64,000 bases of DNA from Planctomycetota bacterium. Lineage in GTDB: Bacteria > Planctomycetota > Phycisphaerae > Phycisphaerales > Phycisphaeraceae. Shown in pieces: positions 46,381 through 55,703 of the stretch (within the stretch, counting starts at the first letter, position 1; the number at the start of each line of letters is the position of its first letter). The DNA lies in NCBI GenBank assembly GCA_021413865.1, contig JAIOPN010000006.1, forward strand, positions 41,409 to 105,408. The letters run 5' to 3'. The notes under the pieces are model-generated. The model ran no database searches, was not told the DNA's origin, and was given only the letters and a program-made list of their open reading frames with translations. The translations under genes were made by a program, and so were the position numbers.

Positions 46381-46403
46381 GAAAGATCACCGCGCCGCAA
46401 AAA

Positions 46404-47585
46404 TCACCGCGCCGCGTCGATCCGCGAGCGCAGGTTGTCCATCACGTTCATGAAGTTGATGTAGCTGTCGTAGGGCGACTCGTACGGGTTGAAATACTTG
46501 TGCACGTCGCCGTCCGCGAAATACTTGGTGCACATGTAATAGAAGTGATCGCTCGTGGTCAGCTTCCGCCAGTCGTTGAGCAGCACCGCGTCGCCCGTGG
46601 CCTTAATCGGCTGCTCCAGCTTGTACAGCTCGTGCAGGGCGTTGGACTGCATCGCGTTGCCTAGCCAGGCGGAGAGGTCGCGCTCGGTGTCCGCCCAGGA
46701 GATCATGTGCGGCACGTCGTAGTCGCCGACCGGCGTGATCGTGTTGACGCACTCGGCGGGGGTCTTGAAATCATTGCCGGACTTGAGCACCTCCTCGGGC
46801 AGCTTGGCGAGGAAGTCGAAGATGCCGGTGTCCGCCCACTGGTGCTCGCCGAAGGTTTCGTAGTCCATGAAGAGGTTGCAGACGAACCCGTCGCCGTTGA
46901 TCTGGCTGACCCACTTGGCGAACTTCTCGGTGGTGAGCGGCCACTCGGACCAGCCGCGGTTGGAGAAGCGGAAGGCGATGTCGTCGCTGAGGCGGTAGTT
47001 CTTGAGCATCAGCTTGACGGCCCGGGTCGCCGGGGGCCAGTAGAGGTAGTTCGGTGAGCGGTAGCCCAGGATGTGGTCCGCCCCCTCGCAGATCACGCCC
47101 TTGTATCCGCCTAATCCCGCGACGTGGTGCGCCACCTCGTTGCTGTAGATCAGCTCCGTGTTGCGGAAGACCGTGGGCGTCTGGCCGAACAGCTCACGCA
47201 CGAGGTTCGAGTGCAGCTCGACCTGGGCGTTGAACTCGTCGCGGCTGTAGAGGAAGGAGAGGCTGTGGTGGTAGGTCTCGCTCAGGAACTCGCAGCAGCC
47301 CGAGTCCGACAGCTTCTTGAGCAGGTCGATCACCTCGGGGCAGTGCTCGCGGAGCTGCTCGATGACGCAGCCGGTGAGGGAGTAGGAGACCTTGAATTTG
47401 CCGGCGTGCTGTTTGACGAGGTCGTAGATCAGCCGGGTGGCGGGGAGGTAGCACTTGTCGGCGACCTTCCTGAGGATCTGGGCGTTGCGCTGCTCGTCGA
47501 AATAGTTGGCGTCGGTGTCGAAGACGCTGTACCGCCGCAGCCGGAACGGCTGGTGGACCTGGAAGTAGAAGCAGACCGAAGCCAT
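46404..47585 (-). CDS. Glycoside hydrolase family 57 protein
   Basis: FYFQVHQPFRLRRY... and ETYHHSL are typical of GH57. ATG confirmed at 47585. Confidence 0.85.
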   Translation of the reverse strand: MASVCFYFQVHQPFRLRRYSVFDTDANYFDEQRNAQILRKVADKCYLPATRLIYDLVKQHAGKFKVSYSLTGCVIEQLREHCPEVIDLLKKLSDSGCCEFLSETYHHSLSFLYSRDEFNAQVELHSNLVRELFGQTPTVFRNTELIYSNEVAHHVAGLGGYKGVICEGADHILGYRSPNYLYWPPATRAVKLMLKNYRLSDDIAFRFSNRGWSEWPLTTEKFAKWVSQINGDGFVCNLFMDYETFGEHQWADTGIFDFLAKLPEEVLKSGNDFKTPAECVNTITPVGDYDVPHMISWADTERDLSAWLGNAMQSNALHELYKLEQPIKATGDAVLLNDWRKLTTSDHFYYMCTKYFADGDVHKYFNPYESPYDSYINFMNVMDNLRSRIDAAR

Positions 47586-47667
47586 ACGCACCCCTGACGT
47601 TGTATCGCGCGACCCTGCGTCGAGAGGCCCCATTGTTGTCCGGCGGCGCGGGCAATGCAATCGCGTG

Positions 47668-47692
47668 TCTCTCTCCCACAAGGGGAGAGGGG
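47668..47692. repeat. Hairpin TCTCTCTCCCACAAGGGGAGAGGGG (repeat family 3)
   Basis: Read directly, in the divergent intergenic region between GH57 and alaS. Confidence 0.5.
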
Positions 47693-47783
47693 CCGCCTCC
47701 GCCCCACGCCCATTCTCCCTTATCTATACTGTGCGGCTCGCCGGACCGGCCCCACGCCGGCCCGCGCGACGCGGAGCCAGACC

Positions 47784-50700
47784 ATGCCCACCAGCCGTGA
47801 AATCCGTCAGCAATACATCGACTTCTTCACGAAGAAGCACGCCCACGCCTTCGTCGCCTCCTCCCCCGTCGTCCCGCACGACGACCCGACGCTGCTCTTC
47901 ACCAACGCGGGCATGAACCAGTTCAAGCCCTACTTCCTGGGCACCGCGCAGGCGCCGTGGAAGCGCGTCGCCAACACCCAGAAGTGCATCCGCGCCGGCG
48001 GCAAGCACAACGACCTGGACGACGTCGGCCGATCCCGCCGGCACCACACCTTCTTCGAGATGCTCGGCAACTGGTCCTTCGGCGACTACTTCAAAGAGGG
48101 CGCGATCGAGATGGCGTGGGAGCTGCTCACCAAGGTCTGGGGCATCGACCCGACGCGGCTGCACGTCTCGTGCTACGAGGGCGACCCGAAGGCGGGCATC
48201 CCGCGCGACACCGAGGCGGCCGACATCTGGAAAAAAGTTGCAGGCCTGCCCGAGGACCGCATCCACTACTTCGGCAAGGACAACTTCTGGGAGATGGGCG
48301 ACACCGGCCCGTGCGGCCCCTGCACCGAGATCTACATCGACCGCACCCCCGACAAATCCGGCGGCCCCGAGGTCAACGGCAACGACCCGCGCGTCATGGA
48401 GATATGGAACCTGGTCTTCATCCAGTTCAACCGCGACGCCGCCGGCAAGCTCACGCCCCTGCCCGCGCAGCACGTGGACACCGGCATGGGTTTCGAGCGC
48501 ATCTGCCAGGTTCTGCAGGACAAGAGCGACAACTTCGGCATCGACCTCTGGTCGCCGATCTTCGACGCCATCGCCGCCGCCACGGGGCACAAGTACACCG
48601 GGAAATTCACCGCGACCAACAGCGTGGACGCCGCCGCCGAGTCCGCCGACCCGCAGCTGCGGACGGATATTGCGTTCCGCGTGATCGCCGACCACGTGCG
48701 CTGTGTGACGTTTGCGTTGACCGACGGCGCGGTGCCGTCGAACGAGGGGCGCGGGTACGTGCTGCGGCGGATTTTGCGGCGAGCGGTGCGGTTCGGCCGG
48801 CAACAGCTCGGGGCGCAGGGGACGTTCATCCACAAGCTCGTGTCGGTGATCGTGGAAGCGATGGGCGACACGTTCCCGGAGTTGCGCAAGAACCCGCAAC
48901 GCGTGGTGGAGTTGATCAAGGAGGAAGAGGAGTCATTCGGGCGAACGCTGGATCGTGGTATTCAGTTGTTTGAACGGGCTGCAATAGAAGCCATCATCCG
49001 GTCTCCCCAAGTGCTGACGGCTGGTGGGCCAACGCGTCACATTCGCGACGACGGTATTCCGCCGGAATCTGTGGCGTATGTAGGTGTTGGGAAATTGGAC
49101 GAAAAGCGTAAGCAGGTCACCATTCCGCAAGGCGTGGAAGGACAGATCAAGGCGATGCAGGAAATCGGCGTTACCACGGCCGTCATCACTGCCGAAGACG
49201 CCTTCCGCTTGCACGACACCTACGGCTTCCCGCTCGACCTCACGCAGGTCATGGCCGCCGAGCGCGGCATGACCGTCGATGTCGAGGGCTTCGGCATCCT
49301 CATGGAAAAGGCGCGCGAGCAGGCGCGCTCCGGCGGGGCGGAGGAGGGCGGCGTCAACGTCCACGAGGCGCTGGTCAACCTCACGCAGCACGCGAAGCTC
49401 CCCGAGACGCACTTCGTCGGTTACGAGCACGTCGAGCTGCGGGAGAAGACGGCCTGCCGGCTCTTCGCGCTGCACGGGCACGAGTTCAAGGCCACGCCCC
49501 GCGCCAAGGCGGGCGACAGGCTCGCCGTTGTGGTCGGCCGCACGCCGTTCTACGCCGAGTCCGGCGGACAGGTCGGCGACGTCGGCACGATCACCAGCGA
49601 CCGCGACGGGCGTTTCCGCGTCGAGGACACGCAGAAGATCGGCGACATCTTCTTCCACATCGGCGTCGTCGAGCGCGGCGAGTTCATCGAATCCCCCGCC
49701 GGCTCCCCCGAGGGCGTACAGCTCACGCTGAGCGTGGACAAGACCCGCCGCGCCAAGGTCATGGCCAACCACACCACGACGCACGTCATGAACCGCGCCC
49801 TCCGGGCCCACGTGAGCAAGACCGCCGACCAGCGCGGCTCGCTGGTGGATGATGAGAAGCTGCGTTTCGACTTCTCGCACAACGCCGCCGTGACCGCCGC
49901 GCAGATCGAGGCGGTGGAGAAGATGGTGAACGCGGACATCGCCGCGAACCTGCCGGTTTATACCGATTACGCCCCGCAGGAGCAGGCGCTGAAGATCACC
50001 GGCCTGCGCGCGGTGTTCGGCGAAAAATACCCGCCCAAGGTGCGCGTCGTCTCCGTCGGCGTGCCGGTGAAGGACCTGCTGAGCGACCCGGGCAGCGAGA
50101 AGTGGGCGAGCGTTTCGATCGAGTTCTGCGGCGGCACGCACATGGCCAGGACCGGCGACGCGAAGGGTTTTGCGATCATCGCCGAGGAGGCGGTCGGCAA
50201 GGGCGTCCGCCGTATCACCGCCCTGACCGGCGAGTCGGCGAAGGCGTCCGTGACGCACGGCGAATCGTTTTTGAATCAGGCGCGTGGATTGAAGGGCGCA
50301 TCCGCCGATACCCTGCCCGCCGCGATCGCCAAGATCACCGCCGCCGTCGGCTCGGGGGCTCCGCTGCCCACCGCGCTGCGCGCCAGGCTCAACGCCGAGA
50401 TCGCGGAACTGCAGAAGATCGTCAAGGAATACGAAAAAGAAAAGAGTAAGGGGATGGCCGCAACGATTGTCCAAGAGGCGCGCCAAGCCGCTGAAATATT
50501 CAAAGGTGGTCCTATTTTCGTCCACAAATTCACTGGAGGCGATGCCGAATCCCTAAAGGCAGCGCTTGACGTGTTGCAAGCAAAACTGCCCGGAACAGCA
50601 GTGTTCGCAGGCACTGCTTCGCAAACCACCGTGAGCTTCATCGCGAGTGTTCCCCAGGAGTTGATCAAAAAGGGCTTGAAAGCCGGCGATTGGGTTAAGG

Positions 50701-50822
50701 AAGCCGCAAAGGTGACGGGCGGCGGCGGTCGCCCCGACATGGCCCAGGCTGGGGGCAAAGACCCGGCGAAGCTGGATGAGGCGCTCGAAGCGGCGAGGAA
50801 GTTCGCGGCTGGAAAGGTTTAG
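47784..50822 (+). CDS. alaS: Alanine--tRNA ligase (with a lineage-specific insert)
   Basis: LLFTNAGMNQFKP, RHHTFFEMLGNWSFGDYFK, HTTTHVMN, FCGGTH, GGGGRPDMAQAGG. ATG at 47784. Confidence 0.95.
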   Translation: MPTSREIRQQYIDFFTKKHAHAFVASSPVVPHDDPTLLFTNAGMNQFKPYFLGTAQAPWKRVANTQKCIRAGGKHNDLDDVGRSRRHHTFFEMLGNWSFGDYFKEGAIEMAWELLTKVWGIDPTRLHVSCYEGDPKAGIPRDTEAADIWKKVAGLPEDRIHYFGKDNFWEMGDTGPCGPCTEIYIDRTPDKSGGPEVNGNDPRVMEIWNLVFIQFNRDAAGKLTPLPAQHVDTGMGFERICQVLQDKSDNFGIDLWSPIFDAIAAATGHKYTGKFTATNSVDAAAESADPQLRTDIAFRVIADHVRCVTFALTDGAVPSNEGRGYVLRRILRRAVRFGRQQLGAQGTFIHKLVSVIVEAMGDTFPELRKNPQRVVELIKEEEESFGRTLDRGIQLFERAAIEAIIRSPQVLTAGGPTRHIRDDGIPPESVAYVGVGKLDEKRKQVTIPQGVEGQIKAMQEIGVTTAVITAEDAFRLHDTYGFPLDLTQVMAAERGMTVDVEGFGILMEKAREQARSGGAEEGGVNVHEALVNLTQHAKLPETHFVGYEHVELREKTACRLFALHGHEFKATPRAKAGDRLAVVVGRTPFYAESGGQVGDVGTITSDRDGRFRVEDTQKIGDIFFHIGVVERGEFIESPAGSPEGVQLTLSVDKTRRAKVMANHTTTHVMNRALRAHVSKTADQRGSLVDDEKLRFDFSHNAAVTAAQIEAVEKMVNADIAANLPVYTDYAPQEQALKITGLRAVFGEKYPPKVRVVSVGVPVKDLLSDPGSEKWASVSIEFCGGTHMARTGDAKGFAIIAEEAVGKGVRRITALTGESAKASVTHGESFLNQARGLKGASADTLPAAIAKITAAVGSGAPLPTALRARLNAEIAELQKIVKEYEKEKSKGMAATIVQEARQAAEIFKGGPIFVHKFTGGDAESLKAALDVLQAKLPGTAVFAGTASQTTVSFIASVPQELIKKGLKAGDWVKEAAKVTGGGGRPDMAQAGGKDPAKLDEALEAARKFAAGKV

Positions 50823-50837
50823 CTTATTGAAGCTACA

Positions 50838-51101
50838 ATGGGTGTAATGAACGAAATCCCTATCCATCTGCACATTGAACCGCTCGAAGAGGGCGGGTTT
50901 GTCGCCACGAGCCGTGACGTGCCGGGCCTGGTCGCCGAGGGGCGCAGCGTTACCGAGGCCGTCGAACTTGCGCAGGGGCTGGCACGGAAGATCGTCGAGT
51001 CGTGCCTCGAACACGGCGATCCCTTACCGCCGATCTTTGCCGAGAAACTCAAGGGCCTGCAGGGCCCGATCGACCTTCTCGTTCCCGTAGGCGTTCACTG
51101 A
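50838..51101 (+). CDS. hicB: HicB-family antitoxin
   Basis: EEGGFVATSRDVPGLVAEGRSVTEAVELAQ is typical of HicB/UPF0150. Confidence 0.75.
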   Translation: MGVMNEIPIHLHIEPLEEGGFVATSRDVPGLVAEGRSVTEAVELAQGLARKIVESCLEHGDPLPPIFAEKLKGLQGPIDLLVPVGVH

Positions 51102-51325
51102 TGGGCCGGTTTTCGGGGTTCAAATACCGAGAGGTTGTCCGTCGGCTGCGTGCCTTCGGGTATGAGTTTGATCGTCCCGGCCCCGGCAGCCACGAGGTCT
51201 GGCGCAACCCGCAGACCGGCCGAAAGGTGACCGTTCCTCATCACGCCAAGGACATGGCCGAGGGCACGCTCCGCGCAATCCTGCGTGAAGCGGCCATTGA
51301 CCCCGAGGCCTTTCTCAAGGCCTGA
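51101..51325 (+). CDS. hicA: HicA-family mRNA interferase toxin
   Basis: YREVVRRLRAFGYEFDRPGPGSHEVWRNP..GRKVTVPHH. The ATG overlaps the hicB stop (TGATG). Confidence 0.8.
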   Translation: MGRFSGFKYREVVRRLRAFGYEFDRPGPGSHEVWRNPQTGRKVTVPHHAKDMAEGTLRAILREAAIDPEAFLKA

Positions 51326-51428
51326 ACCGGCTTGCGAAACCCGGGCAATCACGCGATAACACCCAACCCAATATCCCGGGACGTGAGTTCCCGATCTATT
51401 ACGCTCTTATTCCCAAGGTCTTTTTCAC

Positions 51429-52664
51429 ATGGCCAACATCAACTCCAACTACCTCAAACTCAAGGCCGGTTATTTGTTCCCCGAGATCGGCCGACGCGTG
51501 AAGGCGTTTGCTGCGGCGAACCCGTCGGCGAAGATCATCCGCTGCGGGATCGGCGACGTGACCGAGCCGTTGCCGCCCGCCTGCATCGAGGCGATGCACA
51601 AGGCCGTCGATGAGATGGCGAAGCGCGAGACCTTCAAGGGCTACTGCGACGAGCAGGGCTACGACTTCCTGCGCGAGGCGATCGCGCGGGACGATTACAA
51701 GTCGTTCGGCTGCGACATCGTTGCCGACGAGGTGTTCGTCTCCGACGGCTCCAAGTGCGACACGGGGAACATCCTGGACATCTTCGGGCACGACAACGTG
51801 ACCGCGATGACCGACCCGGTGTATCCGGTGTACGTGGACACCAACGTGATGGCGGGCAACACCGGCGCGGCCAACGACAGGGGCGAGTACGGCGGGCTGG
51901 TTTACCTGCCCTCGACCGCCGAGAACAACTTCACCCCCGCGCTGCCCACCCGGCGCGTAGACATCGTCTACCTCTGCTCGCCCAACAACCCCACCGGTGC
52001 GGTCTTCACGCGCGACTACCTCGCCAGGTGGGTCGCCTACGCCAAGGCCAACGACACGGTAATCCTCTACGACTCGGCGTACTACGCCTACATCACCGAG
52101 GCGGCGATCCCTCGCTCGATCTACGAGGTCCCCGGCGCGCGCGACGTGGCCATCGAGTTCCGCAGCTACTCCAAGACGGCGGGCTTCACCGGCACGCGCT
52201 GTGCGTACACGGTGGTGCCCAAGAGCGTGACGGGGAAGGCGGCGGACGGCTCGCGGGTGGACCTGCACCGGCTGTGGAACCGGCGGCACACGACGAAGTT
52301 CAACGGCGTGGCGTACGTCGTCCAGCGCGCCGCCGAGGCGACACACTCGCCCGAGGGCAAGAAGCAGGTCCGCGCCACCGTCGATTTCTACATGGCCAAC
52401 GCCAAGATCATCCGCGAGACGCTCACCAAAATGGGCCTGAAGGTTTACGGCGGCGTGAACGCGCCCTACATCTGGCTCAAGACGCCCGGTGGCATGAAGA
52501 GCTGGGAGTTCTTCGACAAGCTCATCAACGAGTGCAACGTCGTCGGCACGCCCGGCTCGGGCTTCGGCGCGTCGGGCGAGGGGTACTTCCGCATCAGCGC
52601 GTTCAATAGTCGTGCGAACGTCGAAGAGGCGATGGAGCGGTTCCGGACGAAGCTGAAGATATAA
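51429..52664 (+). CDS. dapL: LL-diaminopimelate aminotransferase
   Basis: [14 protein letters not shown]..., [20 protein letters not shown]. Confidence 0.85.
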   Translation: MANINSNYLKLKAGYLFPEIGRRVKAFAAANPSAKIIRCGIGDVTEPLPPACIEAMHKAVDEMAKRETFKGYCDEQGYDFLREAIARDDYKSFGCDIVADEVFVSDGSKCDTGNILDIFGHDNVTAMTDPVYPVYVDTNVMAGNTGAANDRGEYGGLVYLPSTAENNFTPALPTRRVDIVYLCSPNNPTGAVFTRDYLARWVAYAKANDTVILYDSAYYAYITEAAIPRSIYEVPGARDVAIEFRSYSKTAGFTGTRCAYTVVPKSVTGKAADGSRVDLHRLWNRRHTTKFNGVAYVVQRAAEATHSPEGKKQVRATVDFYMANAKIIRETLTKMGLKVYGGVNAPYIWLKTPGGMKSWEFFDKLINECNVVGTPGSGFGASGEGYFRISAFNSRANVEEAMERFRTKLKI

Positions 52665-52783
52665 AACAGGTGGACCCCGACGCTTCGGAGGACCTCAGCA
52701 TCGGGCTTGGCTCAAGATGCGGGCTTGGCGGTCGTTGCCCCCCGTCCGTGCTACCATTCCGCTTCTCCACGGCCGCGCCCGCC

Positions 52784-54133
52784 ATGACCTCCATCCCTGA
52801 AAACGCAAAACCCTTCGACCCGCCGCCCGAGCCGGAGGGGGAGTCGCCCACGCTCTTTAGGCGGCTGTTCGCCTCGCTGTACTACCGCGACTACCGGTTG
52901 CTCTGGATGGGCGGCACGGTGTCGAACATCGGCTCGATGATGCAGGCCCTGGCGGTGCAGCACCTGGTCTTCTCGATGACCAAGTCGCCCGTCTGGCTGG
53001 GCTTCGACGCCTTCGCCACGTGGATCCCGATGAACCTCGTGCTGCCCTTCGGCGGGGCGCTGGCGGACCGGCTGGACCACCGCCGCGTGCTCGTCATCGG
53101 CAACCTCCTGCTGGGCCTGATCGCGGCCGTGCTGGCGGTGCTCTACTCCCTCGAGCAACTGCACGTGGTGCACCTGATCATCGCCTCGGCGCTCTCGGGC
53201 ATTATCGCGGGGGTGGTGTTCCCGGCGTTCCACTCGATGGTGCCGCAGATCATCGAGCGGCGTCACCTGCCCAACGCCGTGGCGCTCAACGCCGTGCAGT
53301 TCAACCTCTCCCGCGCCCTGGGCCCGGCGGCGGGGGGGCTGGCGCTCATCCTGGGGGCGACGTGGTGCTTCGGGCTTAACGCCGCGAGCTTCGCCGCCGT
53401 CATCATCACCACCGCGATGCTCCGCTGGAGGACGCGGCACGACCACGGCCACAAGCACGGCGTGATCGACAGCGTCGTGCACGGCCTGCGCTACATCGCC
53501 TCGCGGCGCGACATCGTGCTCATCGAGGTGACCGTGACGCTCATGGCGATCGCGGTCTCGCCCCTGCTGACCATGCTCTCGGCCTACGTGGATACGTACG
53601 GCCTGCAGGAGAAGGCGGCCGCCTCCGGCCTGGCGTGGCTCATGAGCTCGTTCGGCGTCGGGGCCCTGGCCGGCGCGAGCTTCAACGCCTCGCGCGGCCA
53701 CCGCGTCGTCTCGCCGTGGCTGGCGCTCCCGCTGCTCGTGGGCCTGGGGCTTGCCGAGATCGCTCTCTGGGTGCGTCCGCCGTTCTGGCCCGCCGTCATG
53801 CTCGTCGCCCTGAGCGGGACGCTCTTCATGATCGCCGGTAACAGCCTCTACGCGGCCGTGCTCGCCTCCGTCCCCCCCAAGCTCCAAGGCAGGGTGAGCA
53901 GCATCCACTTCATCTCCTTCGGCATCGGCCTGCCCGTCGGAAGCCTGCTGGCGGGCTTCATCGCCAGGGGCTGGGACATCCAGCGGGTTTTCCTCATCTA
54001 TGGCGCGTCGATCCTGGTCGCCGCCTGCCTCATCGCCTGGTACGTCCGCTCGTACAAAGTGAAGTACCACATTGACGGCCACCTCGACGCGGCGGACATC
54101 GCGATAGCGACCCAGCAGGAAGGCCCCGCGTGA
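52784..54133 (+). CDS. MFS transporter
   Basis: About 12 TM segments. GGALADRLDHRR loop motif. ATG confirmed at 52784. Confidence 0.8.
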   Translation: MTSIPENAKPFDPPPEPEGESPTLFRRLFASLYYRDYRLLWMGGTVSNIGSMMQALAVQHLVFSMTKSPVWLGFDAFATWIPMNLVLPFGGALADRLDHRRVLVIGNLLLGLIAAVLAVLYSLEQLHVVHLIIASALSGIIAGVVFPAFHSMVPQIIERRHLPNAVALNAVQFNLSRALGPAAGGLALILGATWCFGLNAASFAAVIITTAMLRWRTRHDHGHKHGVIDSVVHGLRYIASRRDIVLIEVTVTLMAIAVSPLLTMLSAYVDTYGLQEKAAASGLAWLMSSFGVGALAGASFNASRGHRVVSPWLALPLLVGLGLAEIALWVRPPFWPAVMLVALSGTLFMIAGNSLYAAVLASVPPKLQGRVSSIHFISFGIGLPVGSLLAGFIARGWDIQRVFLIYGASILVAACLIAWYVRSYKVKYHIDGHLDAADIAIATQQEGPA

Positions 54134-54594
54134 CCACGCCGGATTCCGACGCCCACGTCGCGGAGTTCCTCGCCGCCTGCACGACGGCGTCGCTGGCGAC
54201 GGTTGATGAAGAGGGGCACGCCCACGCGTGCAATGTCTGGTACGCGGCCGATGCACGACAACGGATTTTTTTCGTCTCCAACCCCGCCACCGCGCACGGG
54301 CAACACATTGCGCGCGACCCGCTCGTCGCGATGACGATCTACGCCCACGTCGCCGAGCCGTCGCAGATCCACGGCCTGCAGCTGCGGGGCCGGTGCGAGA
54401 TGCTCGTGAGCGAAGCGGACCGCGCCGAGGCGATGGGTATTTACGCGGCGCGCTACCCGGCGATCGCGGCGAACGAGGTGTTCCAGCGGCGCATCGAGGC
54501 GGAGCGGTTCTACCGCGTGACGCCGGCGTGGTGGCGCTGGATCGACAACCGCCGTGGGTTCGGGTTCAAGGTGGAAAAGCAGCTGCCCGGGTGA
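54130..54594 (+). CDS. Pyridoxamine 5'-phosphate oxidase family protein
   Basis: LATVDEEGHAHACNVWY... is PNPOx-like. The GTG start overlaps the MFS stop. Confidence 0.7.
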   Translation: MTTPDSDAHVAEFLAACTTASLATVDEEGHAHACNVWYAADARQRIFFVSNPATAHGQHIARDPLVAMTIYAHVAEPSQIHGLQLRGRCEMLVSEADRAEAMGIYAARYPAIAANEVFQRRIEAERFYRVTPAWWRWIDNRRGFGFKVEKQLPG

Positions 54595-54598
54595 GCAA

Positions 54599-54677
54599 TT
54601 GTTTTTGGAATGGCGCAGTGGGGCAGGCGTCCCGCCTGCCGCTGGCCTTCCGAGGCCGGATTGAATTCAAAAACAAA
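54599..54677. terminator. Compound palindrome between convergent genes
   Basis: Outer TTGTTTTTGGAAT / ATTCAAAAACAA encloses the hairpins GGCAGGCGtccCGCCTGCC and GGCCttccgaGGCC. Confidence 0.45.
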
Positions 54678-54713
54678 GAGGCGGGCGGGACGCCCACCCC
54701 ACCGGACTCGCCG

Positions 54714-55310
54714 TCACTTCGCGGCGGCGATTTTCGCCAGCGCGTCGTAGATGGCGTCGGGCTCGGACATGCGGCCCTCGCCGGTGGTGCGGCAGGCCTG
54801 CCAGCCGTCGTCGGGGCCGACGGTGTGGGCGCCCAGGATTTCGCGGAGCGTGGCGAGGTTGCCCTGCACGATGGGGTTGGCCCACATATCGCTGTTCATG
54901 GAGGGGGCGAGGAGCAGCGGCGTGATCTTCGGTGAGCGGGGGAGGGCGGAGGCGGTGAGGCTGACCAGGTCGTCGGTCAGGCCCGAGGCGATCTTGGCGA
55001 TGATGTCGGCGGTGGCGGGGGCGATGAGCATGGCGTGGCACCAGCGCGCCAGGCCGATGTGCTGCGACTCGGGGTGGTCATCCACGTCCCAGATGTTGGT
55101 GAGGACGGACCGGCCGGTGAGGGTGCGGAAGGTCAGCGGCGTGACGAAGTGCGTCGCCGCCTGCGTCATGACGACGCGGACCGACGCGCCGGACTGGACC
55201 AGCCGGCTGACGAGGGAGGCGGACTTGTAACAGGCGATGCCGCCGGTGATGGCGACCAGGACGTTGACGCCCTTGAAGGCCTGATCGTTCTGTCGATCGG
55301 CGCGGGGCAT
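54714..55310 (-). CDS. coaC: Phosphopantothenoylcysteine decarboxylase-type flavoprotein (stand-alone CoaC)
   Basis: NVLVAITGGIACYKS..., VMTQAATHFVTP, PAMN-like PSMNSDMW. Confidence 0.8.
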   Translation of the reverse strand: MPRADRQNDQAFKGVNVLVAITGGIACYKSASLVSRLVQSGASVRVVMTQAATHFVTPLTFRTLTGRSVLTNIWDVDDHPESQHIGLARWCHAMLIAPATADIIAKIASGLTDDLVSLTASALPRSPKITPLLLAPSMNSDMWANPIVQGNLATLREILGAHTVGPDDGWQACRTTGEGRMSEPDAIYDALAKIAAAK

Positions 55311-55319
55311 GGCGGGGGG

Positions 55320-55538
55320 TTAGTCCTTGGACTTTTTGTTGTTGTCCGTGAACTCGATCGTGATCTTGCCCTCGACGACCTCCTGGACGGCGACCTCGAA
55401 GTCGTTGCGGCCGGCGCGGTCGACGAGCGGGCGGGCGCCCTCCATCAGCTCACGGATGCGGTGCTGCACCAGGGCGGTGAACTTGAACCGGCCGCCAAGC
55501 TTGTTGATGACCGAGTCGTCTTTGAGGGCTTCAATCAT
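55320..55538 (-). CDS. rpoZ: DNA-directed RNA polymerase subunit omega
   Basis: NKLGGRFKFTALVQHRIRELMEG. ATG confirmed at 55538. Confidence 0.75.
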   Translation of the reverse strand: MIEALKDDSVINKLGGRFKFTALVQHRIRELMEGARPLVDRAGRNDFEVAVQEVVEGKITIEFTDNNKKSKD

Positions 55539-55703
55539 GGGAGGGGCTCCGTGTCGAGCCCAATAGTATAGCGGAATCGGGCGGGAGGACAAACGGCGTC
55601 TGGGCGAGTCTGGACGAGCCACGACCGTCAGGAAACGGTCTGCCCTGAAGCACCCAAGGAAAGAACCGCTCCCTGACGGTCGCGGCTCGTCCAGAGGTTC
55701 CCC

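Noticed and set aside
48975-49185. Intein in alaS
   Set aside because: The insert lacks the Cys/Ser/Thr first residue, the His-Asn C-terminal motif and the size expected of an intein.
52751-54256. 501-aa - strand ORF over the MFS transporter
   Set aside because: It is Arg-rich and antisense to a gene with clear 12-TM hydrophobic periodicity.
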